A stretch of 64,000 nucleotides of DNA, taken from the NCBI GenBank assembly GCA_046498225.1, contig JAWOBF010000061.1, forward strand, positions 10,396 through 74,395, read 5' to 3'. Positions 27,155 to 36,350 of the stretch are shown here, one piece after another; position 1 is the stretch's first letter, and each line of letters begins with the position of its first letter. The notes below the pieces were generated by a model that saw only the letters and a list, made by a program, of their open reading frames with translations, searched no databases and was not told where the DNA came from. The translations under genes were made by a program, and so were the position numbers. The DNA comes from Candidatus Aegiribacteria sp. (GTDB taxonomy: Bacteria > Fermentibacterota > Fermentibacteria > Fermentibacterales > JCC-6).

Positions 27155-29101
27155 TCATGCAGGATCGGCCCTGTCGGCCGAAAGCAGTTCTCGCACCACT
27201 TCACGAACCAGGGCGCCTTCGAGCATTCCGTCGAACTTCCGCCTCACCAGGCCTGTAAGGTAGCGCTCCATCCGTTCGGGGTCCGGGTCCGCCTGTCCGA
27301 CCCGCAGGATGATCTTTCTGGCGGTTTCCTCCAGCTCCTGCCGGTCGGGAATGCTCACGTCCTTCACCGCCTCTTCCACCGGAAGGTCACGGCTTCCGCA
27401 TATCCGCTCCAGAACCGCGGCGGCGGCCTCTATGGGAAGCCCGGCGCCGCTCACCCTGGAAAGCACGTTCAGCAGAGTCTCGCCGGGTACGCTTTCCACG
27501 TCGGCTTTTTTCCTGATGTGGTTCAGGGTGCTGAGGAAGAAATGCATCAACGTCACCGGGGTGTAATCCGACATCTCCAGCGCCCTGTCGTAGAGGTCCC
27601 GGTCTTCCGAAACGCTCATCTGACGAGCCGACTCCCCGGGCACTCCCGCGGCAGCATACCTCTCCGCCCTCTCCCACGGTCTTTCCGGAAGACGGGAGGC
27701 AACCTTTTCCATCAGCTCAGCGTTGATGGGGATCGGGGGCAGGTCGGTGTCCGGGTACATCCTGTTCGGACCCGGCAGTATGCGCTCGAAGCCCGTGGTC
27801 CCGTCCGGAAAAGACTGTCTGGTCTCGTTTATGACACCGTCCAGGGCCTCCTCCGCCCTTATGACTATCTCATCCACGGCGGTCTTCAGGTCCTCGCCGG
27901 ACCCCCAGACCACTACGATGGCGTCCTCCGGTCCGCTGGAGGTGAGTTTTCTTATCCTCTCCCATTCCGCGGAAGAGAAGCTCTCGCCCTGGAAACCGTC
28001 GTGCACCATGTTGGGCATCCGGTCAAGGCAGGCTATCACCCTCACCCGGTCGGATATCTCATCCGCGAATGTCTTTCCCGGCTGGGTGGGCGTGGCCGGC
28101 AGTCCTGCATACCCCCTGAGGGACACTGCACTAATCTGCAGGCCGGCGTGCAGGGCCTCGGCCGCGGGTGGATATGCCGACCCGGACAGTTCCCGGGTAA
28201 TGTCGGCGGCTTTCCACCTGAAATTCTCCTTATCGACGCCCTTTCGAGCCAGACTGTTCATTATTTCAAGAAGGGATACCTGTCTGTAGGCTTCGTTATG
28301 GACCAGCAGCGGTATCTCGGGTATTCTGGAAACACCCTTTATCTCCACTCTCCGTCCTCCGGTGACGGAGACGTTCACGTCCTGCCTGGCGGCCCCGATA
28401 CCTCTTCGCACCTTCCCGGACGACCTGGCGAGCCGGCTGAGTATGCGGCACACCCGCGCCACCTCCTGCGGCGTCCTCATCTGTGGCGCGGTCACCGTCT
28501 CTATGAGAGGTATTCCCAGCCTGTCGGTGAGGTATACCCGTCTGTGCCCTTCATCGCGCACCTCCCTGCATGCGTCCTCCTCCAGGCCAAGCTGGATGAT
28601 ATCTATTCTCCTGTCCCCGAATGGGATCCAGCCGTCAACACCCAGTATAGTGGTCCTCTGAAAACCGGCCGGTATGGATCCGTCGAGGTACTGCTTCCTC
28701 TGTATGTGTATCTCGCTGACAAGTTTGCAGTTGAGAAGCATGGTTATTTCCAGGGCGATCTCAAGGGCCTGCTGGTTCAGCTCGAAGGGTGGGGTGTCAT
28801 CGATCTCGTAGGTGCAAATCGTACGCTTGTTTATCTGATAGATTATGTTTTTTCTGGTCTTGAACTCCATGAGCGCCGTGCCGTCGTATTCACCCAGTTC
28901 CGAGAGGGTCGGTCTCATGTGGCGGAGCACCCGGGCGTCGAACCTGTCCGAGTACGGCAGGACGGGACACCTGCAGAAGAGCTTCTTTTCCGTATCCAGC
29001 TGCTGGTGTATCTCCAGGCCGCTTCGAAGACCGATGTCCCTGTAATCGGAACCGGTGGTCTCGTCCATGCTTCTGATCAAATTGGGGCGGTCTCCTTTCA
29101 T
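27155..29101 (-). CDS. gatE: Glu-tRNA(Gln) amidotransferase subunit E
   Basis: GLEIHQQL..KLFCRCP, RPTLSELGE, GFQRT, LEEDA, DRLGIPLIE, RQDVNVS, RMYPDTD; 648 aa; start may be TTG 29080. Confidence 0.92.
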   Translation of the reverse strand: MKGDRPNLIRSMDETTGSDYRDIGLRSGLEIHQQLDTEKKLFCRCPVLPYSDRFDARVLRHMRPTLSELGEYDGTALMEFKTRKNIIYQINKRTICTYEIDDTPPFELNQQALEIALEITMLLNCKLVSEIHIQRKQYLDGSIPAGFQRTTILGVDGWIPFGDRRIDIIQLGLEEDACREVRDEGHRRVYLTDRLGIPLIETVTAPQMRTPQEVARVCRILSRLARSSGKVRRGIGAARQDVNVSVTGGRRVEIKGVSRIPEIPLLVHNEAYRQVSLLEIMNSLARKGVDKENFRWKAADITRELSGSAYPPAAEALHAGLQISAVSLRGYAGLPATPTQPGKTFADEISDRVRVIACLDRMPNMVHDGFQGESFSSAEWERIRKLTSSGPEDAIVVVWGSGEDLKTAVDEIVIRAEEALDGVINETRQSFPDGTTGFERILPGPNRMYPDTDLPPIPINAELMEKVASRLPERPWERAERYAAAGVPGESARQMSVSEDRDLYDRALEMSDYTPVTLMHFFLSTLNHIRKKADVESVPGETLLNVLSRVSGAGLPIEAAAAVLERICGSRDLPVEEAVKDVSIPDRQELEETARKIILRVGQADPDPERMERYLTGLVRRKFDGMLEGALVREVVRELLSADRADPA

Positions 29102-29121
29102 CGAGCCCGGAAATGAACCAT

Positions 29122-29174
29122 AAAAAAAAGGAAATCCTGCGTGTCATGAGGAGCAGAACCATCCTGAGGACGGC
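29122..29174 (-). promoter_or_regulatory. Structured gatE leader ending in a terminator-like T8 tract
   Basis: GCCGTCC/GGATGGT and TTCTGC/GCAGGA hairpins, then TTTCC-T8. Confidence 0.45.
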
Positions 29175-29179
29175 TTTCA

Positions 29180-29208
29180 ATTATATTTCATGAGGACCGG
29201 TGAGACAA
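29180..29208 (-). promoter_or_regulatory. Sigma70 promoter of gatE-gatD
   Basis: TTGTCT-17 nt-TATAAT. Confidence 0.75.
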
Positions 29209-29226
29209 TACTTGCCCGGGGCGGAA

Positions 29227-30504
29227 TCAGATGTCCAGCTCCTTCAGCCGGGAAAGCAGGGTCCTGTAGCTCACCCTCAGCATCTCGGCCGCCCTCTTCC
29301 TGTTGCCCCCGGTCTCTCTCAGAGCCCTCTTTATCAGCTGGGTCTCCCGTATCCGGGCGGCCTTGGCGGACTCCTCCAGAAGACCCTGCTCGGCTTCAGA
29401 TTCCTCTATCTCCAGGATTTCCGGGCCCAGAACGCTGCCGTCCACCAGCGCGGCCGCCCTCAATACGATGCTTCTGAGCTGTCTCACGTTCCCCGGCCAT
29501 CTGCAGGTCATGAGCTTCTGCGTGGCCTCCTCCGTCAGTTTCATGTGCCCGTATCCCGACTGGTCCAGGAAGTGACGCGCCAGCTGCGGAATGTCCTCCG
29601 GTCTCTCCCTGAGGGGAGCTATGGTGACGGGAAACTCGCCTATTCTGAAATAGAGGTCGTCCCTGAAAGTGCCGGCTTCCGTCTCGCTCCTGAGGTCCCG
29701 GTTGCTGGCGGAAATGACCCTGGCGTTGGTATGGAGGGTCTCCGTCCCCCCTACCCGGGTGTACTCCCTCTCCTGGAGCACTCGAAGCAGTTTTCCCTGC
29801 AGAGGTCTGTCCAGGTCCCCCACCTCGTCCAGGAATATGGTCCCCCCCCGGGCGTGCTCGAACCTGCCAGCCCGTGTCCTGTCAGCGCCGGTGTAGGCTC
29901 CCTTCTCGGCACCGAAAAGCTCGCTTTCCAGGAGGTCCGCGGGTATGGCCGCGCAGTTCACCGGAACGAAGGGACCTTTCCCGCGTGAGCTCTCCGCGTG
30001 TATCATTCGGGCCAGGAGTTCCTTGCCCGTACCGCTCTCTCCCAGTACCAGTACGTTGAGATCCGTCCCGGCGCCCCTGGTGGCCCTGGATATGGTGGAC
30101 ATCAGAGACGGCGACGAACCCACTATCTCGGTGCCGGGTGAATGGGAATAGCGTCTTACCAGCGCCAGGAGCTCGTCCAGGTCGAAGGGCTTGGTGATGA
30201 AGTCGCGCGCTCCCTCCTTCATGGCCTCCACGGCCAGGTCCACCGTTCCGAAAGCGGTCATCAGGACCACGGGTACCCAGTGTTTCATCTCCCTGGCGTT
30301 CCTGAGTATGTCCATTCCGCTTATCTCCCCGGGAAGGCATATGTCGCTCAGTATGAGGCTGACGGTCTCCGCTTCCAGCTCTTTCATGGCCTGGGCTCCG
30401 GAAGGAACGGCTAGCACCCTCCATCCGTCCTCCCGCAGAGCCGTTGTAAGCATGTTGCGCATGGCCCGCTTGTCCTCCACAAGAAGAATGGTCTCCATGT
30501 TCAC
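29227..30504 (-). CDS. Sigma54-dependent response regulator (NtrC family: REC-AAA-HTH)
   Basis: REC domain; GESGTGKE, ESELFG..KGAYTGA, FLDEVG, WPGNVRQL; Fis-type HTH. Confidence 0.95.
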   Translation of the reverse strand: MNMETILLVEDKRAMRNMLTTALREDGWRVLAVPSGAQAMKELEAETVSLILSDICLPGEISGMDILRNAREMKHWVPVVLMTAFGTVDLAVEAMKEGARDFITKPFDLDELLALVRRYSHSPGTEIVGSSPSLMSTISRATRGAGTDLNVLVLGESGTGKELLARMIHAESSRGKGPFVPVNCAAIPADLLESELFGAEKGAYTGADRTRAGRFEHARGGTIFLDEVGDLDRPLQGKLLRVLQEREYTRVGGTETLHTNARVISASNRDLRSETEAGTFRDDLYFRIGEFPVTIAPLRERPEDIPQLARHFLDQSGYGHMKLTEEATQKLMTCRWPGNVRQLRSIVLRAAALVDGSVLGPEILEIEESEAEQGLLEESAKAARIRETQLIKRALRETGGNRKRAAEMLRVSYRTLLSRLKELDI

Positions 30505-32180
30505 GCCTCCTCCGGGAAGGGGAGTGGAAGAACGATCTCGAAGACCGCTCCCCCTCCGGCCTGGTTCCTGCAGCTGAGTTCCCCGCCCATGGTCCTGATT
30601 ATCCTTCTGCTGACGTAGAGCCCCAGCCCCATGCTTCCGCTGTCCCTGTCCTTGGTGGTGCGGAAGGGCCTGAATATCTCATCCAGGTCCATGGATATTC
30701 CGGGTCCGGTGTCCGTCACGGATATCACGGCGTTCCCCCGGCGGGAGGTCAGCTTTACCTCCACTTCGGATGACGGATTGGCTTCCAGAGCGTTCCGAAC
30801 GATATTCCGCACGCAGGAGGCCAGGAGTTCCATATCGGCTCTAAGGCTCACCTCTCCAGCCTCCATCAGGACGGTACACCTGTCGGGACAGCTTCCGCAG
30901 GCTTCCCGGCAGATCCTCTCCAGGTCATCCCGGTCCAGGGACGCGGAAACCGGCTCAGGGGAACGGGCGAAACTGCCGAAGGAGTTTATCAGGGCCTGGG
31001 CGGACTCCACCTCCCTCCTCACCTCCTCCAGTATGCCGCTGGTCCTGCTGTCCGAATGTCCCCTGGCGAGAAGGTCCACGAAGCCGGACAGGGCGCAGAG
31101 TGTGTTGCCCATTTCGTGTGAAATTCCCGCCGAAGCGGCTCCCACGTCAGCCATGGCAGTCTGGTCGGCTATCCGTCTTTCCAGTTCGCTTATCCTTGTG
31201 ACGTCGGTGACCAGGACGGCCAGCTCATCGGTCCTGGAGCGGGATATCTCAACGGTGTACATCCTGCCGGTCCTGCCGGGGTCTCTCCGCAGCTGGAACT
31301 CCGCGGAGGAGGATGAGGATTCCATGGAGGCGACCAGCGGTTTCAGCCGCCTGCCGGCTTCCGTCCTGTCCCACGGGAACTCCCTTCCCACGTCATCGTA
31401 ATCCAGGTCGAACAGCTCCCGGGACTGTTGATTGAACAGCTGCAGCTCCCCCCCGGCGTCTATGGCCAGAACGGCCGAGCCCAGCACGGAGAGAATGGCA
31501 GCCGACCTCTTCTCAATTCTCTCGGCCCTCTCCTCCGCTCTCTCCCTCATCCGGTTCAGCTGTCTCTCTCTCAGGTGCAGGAGTTCCACCAGCCTGTGAA
31601 AGGAAGCCCCGGCAGTCTCGGGGTCGGTCCCGCCCCCGCTGGTGAATCGGTCCGCCTCGACCAGTATCTCCCTCAGCGGGGAGATGACGGTTCGGGAAAG
31701 GTACCTGGGGGTGAGGAAAGCCAGGACGGTCAGCGCCGCGGTCAGGGCCGCAAGTCCCGCGGTCAGGCCTCCGTAGAGAGAGGATATCCTGGAGGTGGCC
31801 GGCCTTACTCCCACCCGCATACCCCTGCTGTCAGGCTGGGAGAAGTACCAGTCCTCCCCCTCCCGGGGAACGGGGGTCTCTCCCCGCGCATGGCCGGAGG
31901 CGGCTGCGACCTCGCCGTCCCGGTCCAGGACAACCGCGTATTCAAGACCTCCGCTGTCCACCAGCGGTTCCGCCGTATCCCGAATGAACTCGTCCGGGTC
32001 GCTGCCTTCCAGAGCGCTGCCCATGGCGAAGGCCGTGACCGTTGCCATGTGACCAGACTCCGACCTGAGGTCCATGTTAACCAGGAAGGCTGTCATGAAA
32101 GCAACGGCGGTCGCGGCCGCGGCTACTCCTATGGAAAGGCCCGTGAGGAGTTCTACACTTATCATGAACTTTCTGGACAA
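30501..32180 (-). CDS. Membrane sensor histidine kinase
   Basis: Two TM helices, PAS-like region, H-box SHEMGN, NIVRNALEA, DTGPG, GMGLGL. Confidence 0.93.
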   Translation of the reverse strand: MSRKFMISVELLTGLSIGVAAAATAVAFMTAFLVNMDLRSESGHMATVTAFAMGSALEGSDPDEFIRDTAEPLVDSGGLEYAVVLDRDGEVAAASGHARGETPVPREGEDWYFSQPDSRGMRVGVRPATSRISSLYGGLTAGLAALTAALTVLAFLTPRYLSRTVISPLREILVEADRFTSGGGTDPETAGASFHRLVELLHLRERQLNRMRERAEERAERIEKRSAAILSVLGSAVLAIDAGGELQLFNQQSRELFDLDYDDVGREFPWDRTEAGRRLKPLVASMESSSSSAEFQLRRDPGRTGRMYTVEISRSRTDELAVLVTDVTRISELERRIADQTAMADVGAASAGISHEMGNTLCALSGFVDLLARGHSDSRTSGILEEVRREVESAQALINSFGSFARSPEPVSASLDRDDLERICREACGSCPDRCTVLMEAGEVSLRADMELLASCVRNIVRNALEANPSSEVEVKLTSRRGNAVISVTDTGPGISMDLDEIFRPFRTTKDRDSGSMGLGLYVSRRIIRTMGGELSCRNQAGGGAVFEIVLPLPFPEEA

Positions 32181-32271
32181 ACCGCTCCCCCCGCCGTATA
32201 GGGTGAACTATCCCGGTCAATACTGCACAAGGGATGGTTCCGGCGCAAGTATTTCTTCGTCCCCCGGTCCC

Positions 32272-34302
32272 TCATCTTACGGTTACGGCGTCCAGGTAGA
32301 TTCCGTGGAGGTCATCGTCCGGGCCAGCCGCCGGTATGACTTCGATGAGCAGTGTATCCGCCGTGACCGGCATCTCCAGGGTCCATCGGAGCTCTCCGAG
32401 GTTCTCTGGCCTCTTCTCCAGGCCCGCTTCCCTGATGCGGGTGGTCCAGTCCGGAGGGTCCAGCATATCCGAGACGGAGAAGAGGGAATCGCTCCAGCCG
32501 CCGCAGGTGAGCCTGATGCCCGGTCCCCGTCCTTCCCCCATGCTCCTGTAGGTTATCTCCACGGCGGCCACGTCTCCGGGGTCACGGCGAACGGGTATCC
32601 TGACAGCGTCCTCCTCCCTGTGAAGACGAAGCATCCGCTGTGTGGAGAACATCCAGAATTTTCTGTGCTCCGGTTCCGTCTCCCGCGGATATAACTGGCA
32701 GAAGTCCTTCATGGAGGGGGGTATATCCTCCGCCTCCCACCTGGTCCGGGTAGTTCCTCCGGCCAGGCAGAGAAGCGCGAAACCGGCCGCCAGCACGTAA
32801 CCGGTCCCGCCTCTTCGCGCGGCTATCATCCACACCACCAGCGCGGACCCCAGTATCCAGAACAGGAAGACCGGAAGACTGAACCTCACCGCGCTGGGCA
32901 CCCAGGCGGCCAGAGACCCGGCGGCGCCTGCCAGGGTGGAGGCCAGGGCGTCCGTACCGTCGGCATGGTTCATTCTCAGCAGGGGATGGCAGTAGTACAC
33001 CGCGCCGGCGGCCATCGATATCCACACGAGTACCCGCACTCCGGCCCTCTTCATGACCATGCCCAGGGAAGCCAGCAGGATCGGCAGAAGGGGAAGCAGC
33101 ATGCGCCCGGCGGGAGTGGGCATGCCGCTCCAGTTGGTGCCGGTCCAGTAAACTAGAACGAGAAGGTAGAGAAGTCCCGGCAGACCAAGCCATCGGAACA
33201 GGGCCCTTCTTTCCCTCCTGAGGGCCGGCAGGCCGGCCAGGCCGGCGAGCACCCACGGGGCCTTCCACAACAGTCCGCTCTCTATGTCCACCAGTGTGGA
33301 GAAGAGGGCGAGCAAGAGGTGTGAGGAACGGTACAGCGGCTGTACAAGGACGGTTTTGAGGAATTCAACGTTCCCGTATCTGACCCAGAACACCCTTCCG
33401 CCGAGGAACCCAAAGTCGAAAAGAAGGCCCGCGGCGGCGACGGACAGAAGAACAAGCGCTATGGTGAGCCGTTTTCTGCCCCTGTATTCAAGTAACAGTG
33501 CCAGCAGAAGACCGAGTGAAAGGCCGGCGAACCTGATCTTTACAAGCACCAGCGCCCCCGCAGCCGCCAGGACCCAGACTTTTCTTCCTCCCTTGAGGAA
33601 CATGTAAACTCCCGTAACGAATACAGCCACCGCCAGCCAGCCGGGGTACACAAGGCCCAGAACGCCGCTTCCGGGCATGGTCAGCAGGGCGAGAAGGGGA
33701 AGTTCCCGCCATTTCCGGAATCCTGATTTCCTCATCGTCCGGGACAAGACGGTCACCGCCCACAGCGCGAACAGCGTGTTCATCAGCCTGATACCCGTAA
33801 TCCCGCCGGGATATCCCGGAAGCATCAGCGCCGGGTAGAGGCTCTGATGGTGGCGGAATCCCTCTCCGGGGTCCCCGGCCTGGCGCTGGTACTCCTGGAA
33901 CCTGCCCGTCCCGCCGGGGAACAGCTCCTCCGTTATCCTGGCGTAATGGGGCTCGTCACCGGTGAAGGGAACAAGGACCAGTATCATGGGAACCAGCGGA
34001 ATAACCGCCATCAGCAGACCGAGCCGTCTCCTGGAGACCTTCATGAGGCCGGGAAACACGGCCAGCATTGCCGATGAGGAGGCGACTGTGAACATTCCGG
34101 GAGCGGCCGCCCAGAAAACAAAGAGCAGCAGCGATATTCCCAGAAGCTGAAGTGACGCCGCCGGCCGGTCTCCCCTGCCGTACACGACGGCGGTTATCAG
34201 CCAGGCGAGGGGGATCAGCCTTCCCAGTACTCCGGGAGAGGGCATGCCGGTCATCCTCCAGGCGATGAATAGGAGTATGCCGCCAAGGGCATGGAATGCC
34301 AT
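32272..34302 (-). CDS. Multi-pass membrane protein, putative GT-C glycosyltransferase
   Basis: TGDEPHY acidic motif in a loop between TM helices; many TMs; soluble C-terminal domain; inside a GT cluster. Confidence 0.65.
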   Translation of the reverse strand: MAFHALGGILLFIAWRMTGMPSPGVLGRLIPLAWLITAVVYGRGDRPAASLQLLGISLLLFVFWAAAPGMFTVASSSAMLAVFPGLMKVSRRRLGLLMAVIPLVPMILVLVPFTGDEPHYARITEELFPGGTGRFQEYQRQAGDPGEGFRHHQSLYPALMLPGYPGGITGIRLMNTLFALWAVTVLSRTMRKSGFRKWRELPLLALLTMPGSGVLGLVYPGWLAVAVFVTGVYMFLKGGRKVWVLAAAGALVLVKIRFAGLSLGLLLALLLEYRGRKRLTIALVLLSVAAAGLLFDFGFLGGRVFWVRYGNVEFLKTVLVQPLYRSSHLLLALFSTLVDIESGLLWKAPWVLAGLAGLPALRRERRALFRWLGLPGLLYLLVLVYWTGTNWSGMPTPAGRMLLPLLPILLASLGMVMKRAGVRVLVWISMAAGAVYYCHPLLRMNHADGTDALASTLAGAAGSLAAWVPSAVRFSLPVFLFWILGSALVVWMIAARRGGTGYVLAAGFALLCLAGGTTRTRWEAEDIPPSMKDFCQLYPRETEPEHRKFWMFSTQRMLRLHREEDAVRIPVRRDPGDVAAVEITYRSMGEGRGPGIRLTCGGWSDSLFSVSDMLDPPDWTTRIREAGLEKRPENLGELRWTLEMPVTADTLLIEVIPAAGPDDDLHGIYLDAVTVR

Positions 34303-34333
34303 TCCCCTGCGATCCCCGGCCAGATTCGTAAGC

Positions 34334-35155
34334 CTATTCAGTTCCGGCCTCCGCCCCGATAAAGTGTATGACGGGATGGTTCATCGGCTTCCATCGCCTC
34401 GAGAGAACGACTGAGACAGGGAACACCGGTTCGTTCATTCGAATCCGGACCTCTCCGGACGGGACGGGGAACGAAGTGTCCCCGGCCATGACGAAGCCCA
34501 CCGGCTCGTCGTCCCGGACACCTCCTGCCGAAAGCAGGATACGAAGGTCTGCGGGCTCCGCCTCTCCCGCTTCCAGAACCAGTGCAGGGGCCGACAGGTC
34601 GAGTCTCTCCGAATGTTCCCACGCAATACCCCCCCGGACGAAGTATTCCTCGGCGCGGCGGGCGGCCGGCGGTGAGGCCAGGGGGATGCCCCCTGCGGCT
34701 ACAGAAGCCGCCAGGCCGGCTCCGATGAATGCGGACCTGTTAATGGAAGCCGCCGGAAAAACAGCCGCCGCGGCGGCTATGCCCAGCGGGACCAGCCCTG
34801 TCAGGGAACCGGACAGGATCGCTGCCGCAACCGACAGGAGAAAGGCCGACCGGGAGATGACGCACTCCGAGCAGGCCATGGCGGAGAGCGCTCCGGCCAG
34901 AAGAAGGGCCGCCGCGAAACCGTCGGTCCGGACCAGCAGGGAGAGTCCCCCGAGAAGCACGCACGCCGCCAGGACCCTCGCCGGACCGCTGTAGAAGAGA
35001 ATGCCCGCGGCGAGGAAGCAGGCGGAGAGAGATAGCGCGTCGATGCCTCTGAGCAGAAGCATCCCCGCCGCCGCAGCGCCCAGAATCGTGAGTCTCGATC
35101 TATTCGTAATCGGCCTTCTCCAGTTCCAGTACCTGTTCTGGTCTGTCTGGTACAA
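34334..35155 (-). CDS. Hypothetical membrane protein
   Basis: Ala/Leu/Gly-rich TM segments; co-oriented within the operon. Confidence 0.6.
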   Translation of the reverse strand: MYQTDQNRYWNWRRPITNRSRLTILGAAAAGMLLLRGIDALSLSACFLAAGILFYSGPARVLAACVLLGGLSLLVRTDGFAAALLLAGALSAMACSECVISRSAFLLSVAAAILSGSLTGLVPLGIAAAAAVFPAASINRSAFIGAGLAASVAAGGIPLASPPAARRAEEYFVRGGIAWEHSERLDLSAPALVLEAGEAEPADLRILLSAGGVRDDEPVGFVMAGDTSFPVPSGEVRIRMNEPVFPVSVVLSRRWKPMNHPVIHFIGAEAGTE

Positions 35156-36350
35156 GATACACCCTGCTCCAGCCCCGCGGGACCTCCGCGGAGAGGGATG
35201 AGGGGACCGTTGTTCCGGTGAAGGTCCTGCCCAGGCACTCTCCGCGCGACCACAGGCCCACTGAACCGGAAATATTGCAGGATCTGACCTCCATGGCGAG
35301 CGTACCCCTCCCGGACGGAACTTCCAGGCAGCCGAATCCCCAGGGACCGGTTAGCTTTCCTCTCCAGCCCGGCCCCGGTTTCACCCCTGAGGGGGAAAAT
35401 TCGCCGCCGGAAGCCGCGGGAGGTCTTGGCCGGGGCATTCTCAGGGGTCTGGGAGCCAGCACCTCCCCCAGCACCTCCCGGGGAAGCTCAACACGGTCGG
35501 TCCCGGTCCTTCGAGCCCGTGACACGGCCCCGAGCCTCCACAGCCAGGGAATGCCCCTGAGCAGGCAGTACATCCTGGTCTTCCACTCTCTTCTCATCCA
35601 GTAACCCGGAATCCCGCGGCCGGCTCCGCCCAGATACTTCCGGGTCAGGTAGGCGGAGGACCGTAGTTCCCATCTGAGGGCCGCCTTCCTTCGGCTGGAG
35701 GCGCCCATCATGTGAATGCCCTCCGCTTCGGGCTGGAGCAGGAGATCCATGCCCCCGGCCCTGAGCCTGAGGCTCAAATCGATGTCCTCGAAGTACATGA
35801 AGATTCTCTCGTCGAAACCTCCCACGCTCCTCAGGGCATCAGTCCGAAAAAGGGAGAGGGCTGCGGTAATGCAGGGAACCTTTCTCGCGCTTCTGTCCGG
35901 GAAGGGCTGGAAATGCAGCGAGTCCATGTCGTAGCCCCTGCCGTATTCGTTCATGGAGCAGCCGGCGCTGAGTGTCACCATAGGCCATCCCCACAGCCTC
36001 AGCAGCGGCTGCACTCCGGCCAGTCCCCTGTTTCCGCGCAGGGTCCGGACCAGCAGTTCCAGGTCCGCGGGTTCGATGGATGCGTCCGAGTTGAGCAGCA
36101 GCATGTATTCGGTCCTGCAGGCTTCCAGAGCCCTGTTGTTGCCGTAGCCGAACCCTCCGTTCCCCGGGTTCACCACCACCTCAGCCCCGGGGACCCGCTG
36201 CCTCAGAAGCTCCACCGTACCGTCTTCGGAGGCGTTGTCGGACACCAGTATCCTGCAGACCGGCTGGAGTTTCCTCAGCGTTTCGGACAGGGCCGGCACA
36301 AGACGCTCCGAGTTCCATGTGACCACCGCAGCGGTTATCTCCCTGCTCAT
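35100..36350 (-). CDS. Glycosyltransferase family 2
   Basis: VVTWNS, DNASEDGT, GFGYGNN, LLNSD, GGFDERIFMYFEDIDL. Confidence 0.92.
   Translation of the reverse strand: MSREITAAVVTWNSERLVPALSETLRKLQPVCRILVSDNASEDGTVELLRQRVPGAEVVVNPGNGGFGYGNNRALEACRTEYMLLLNSDASIEPADLELLVRTLRGNRGLAGVQPLLRLWGWPMVTLSAGCSMNEYGRGYDMDSLHFQPFPDRSARKVPCITAALSLFRTDALRSVGGFDERIFMYFEDIDLSLRLRAGGMDLLLQPEAEGIHMMGASSRRKAALRWELRSSAYLTRKYLGGAGRGIPGYWMRREWKTRMYCLLRGIPWLWRLGAVSRARRTGTDRVELPREVLGEVLAPRPLRMPRPRPPAASGGEFSPSGVKPGPGWRGKLTGPWGFGCLEVPSGRGTLAMEVRSCNISGSVGLWSRGECLGRTFTGTTVPSSLSAEVPRGWSRVYLVPDRPEQVLELEKADYE

Noticed and set aside
27518..29116. 532-aa plus-strand ORF antisense to gatE
   Set aside because: Antisense shadow of a well-conserved gene; no motifs.
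28890..29180. 96-aa ORF as a gatE leader peptide
   Set aside because: It starts at the edge of the -10 box with no SD and has no Gln/Glu codon run.
29227..30504. GAYTGA instead of GAFTGA as a sign of sigma54 independence
   Set aside because: F-to-Y is a naturally occurring variant and is not enough evidence.
29207..32253. Short inverted match (AATACTTGC / GCAAGTATT) flanking the two-component pair
   Set aside because: Only 9 nt, with no transposase or target duplication; compatible with chance.
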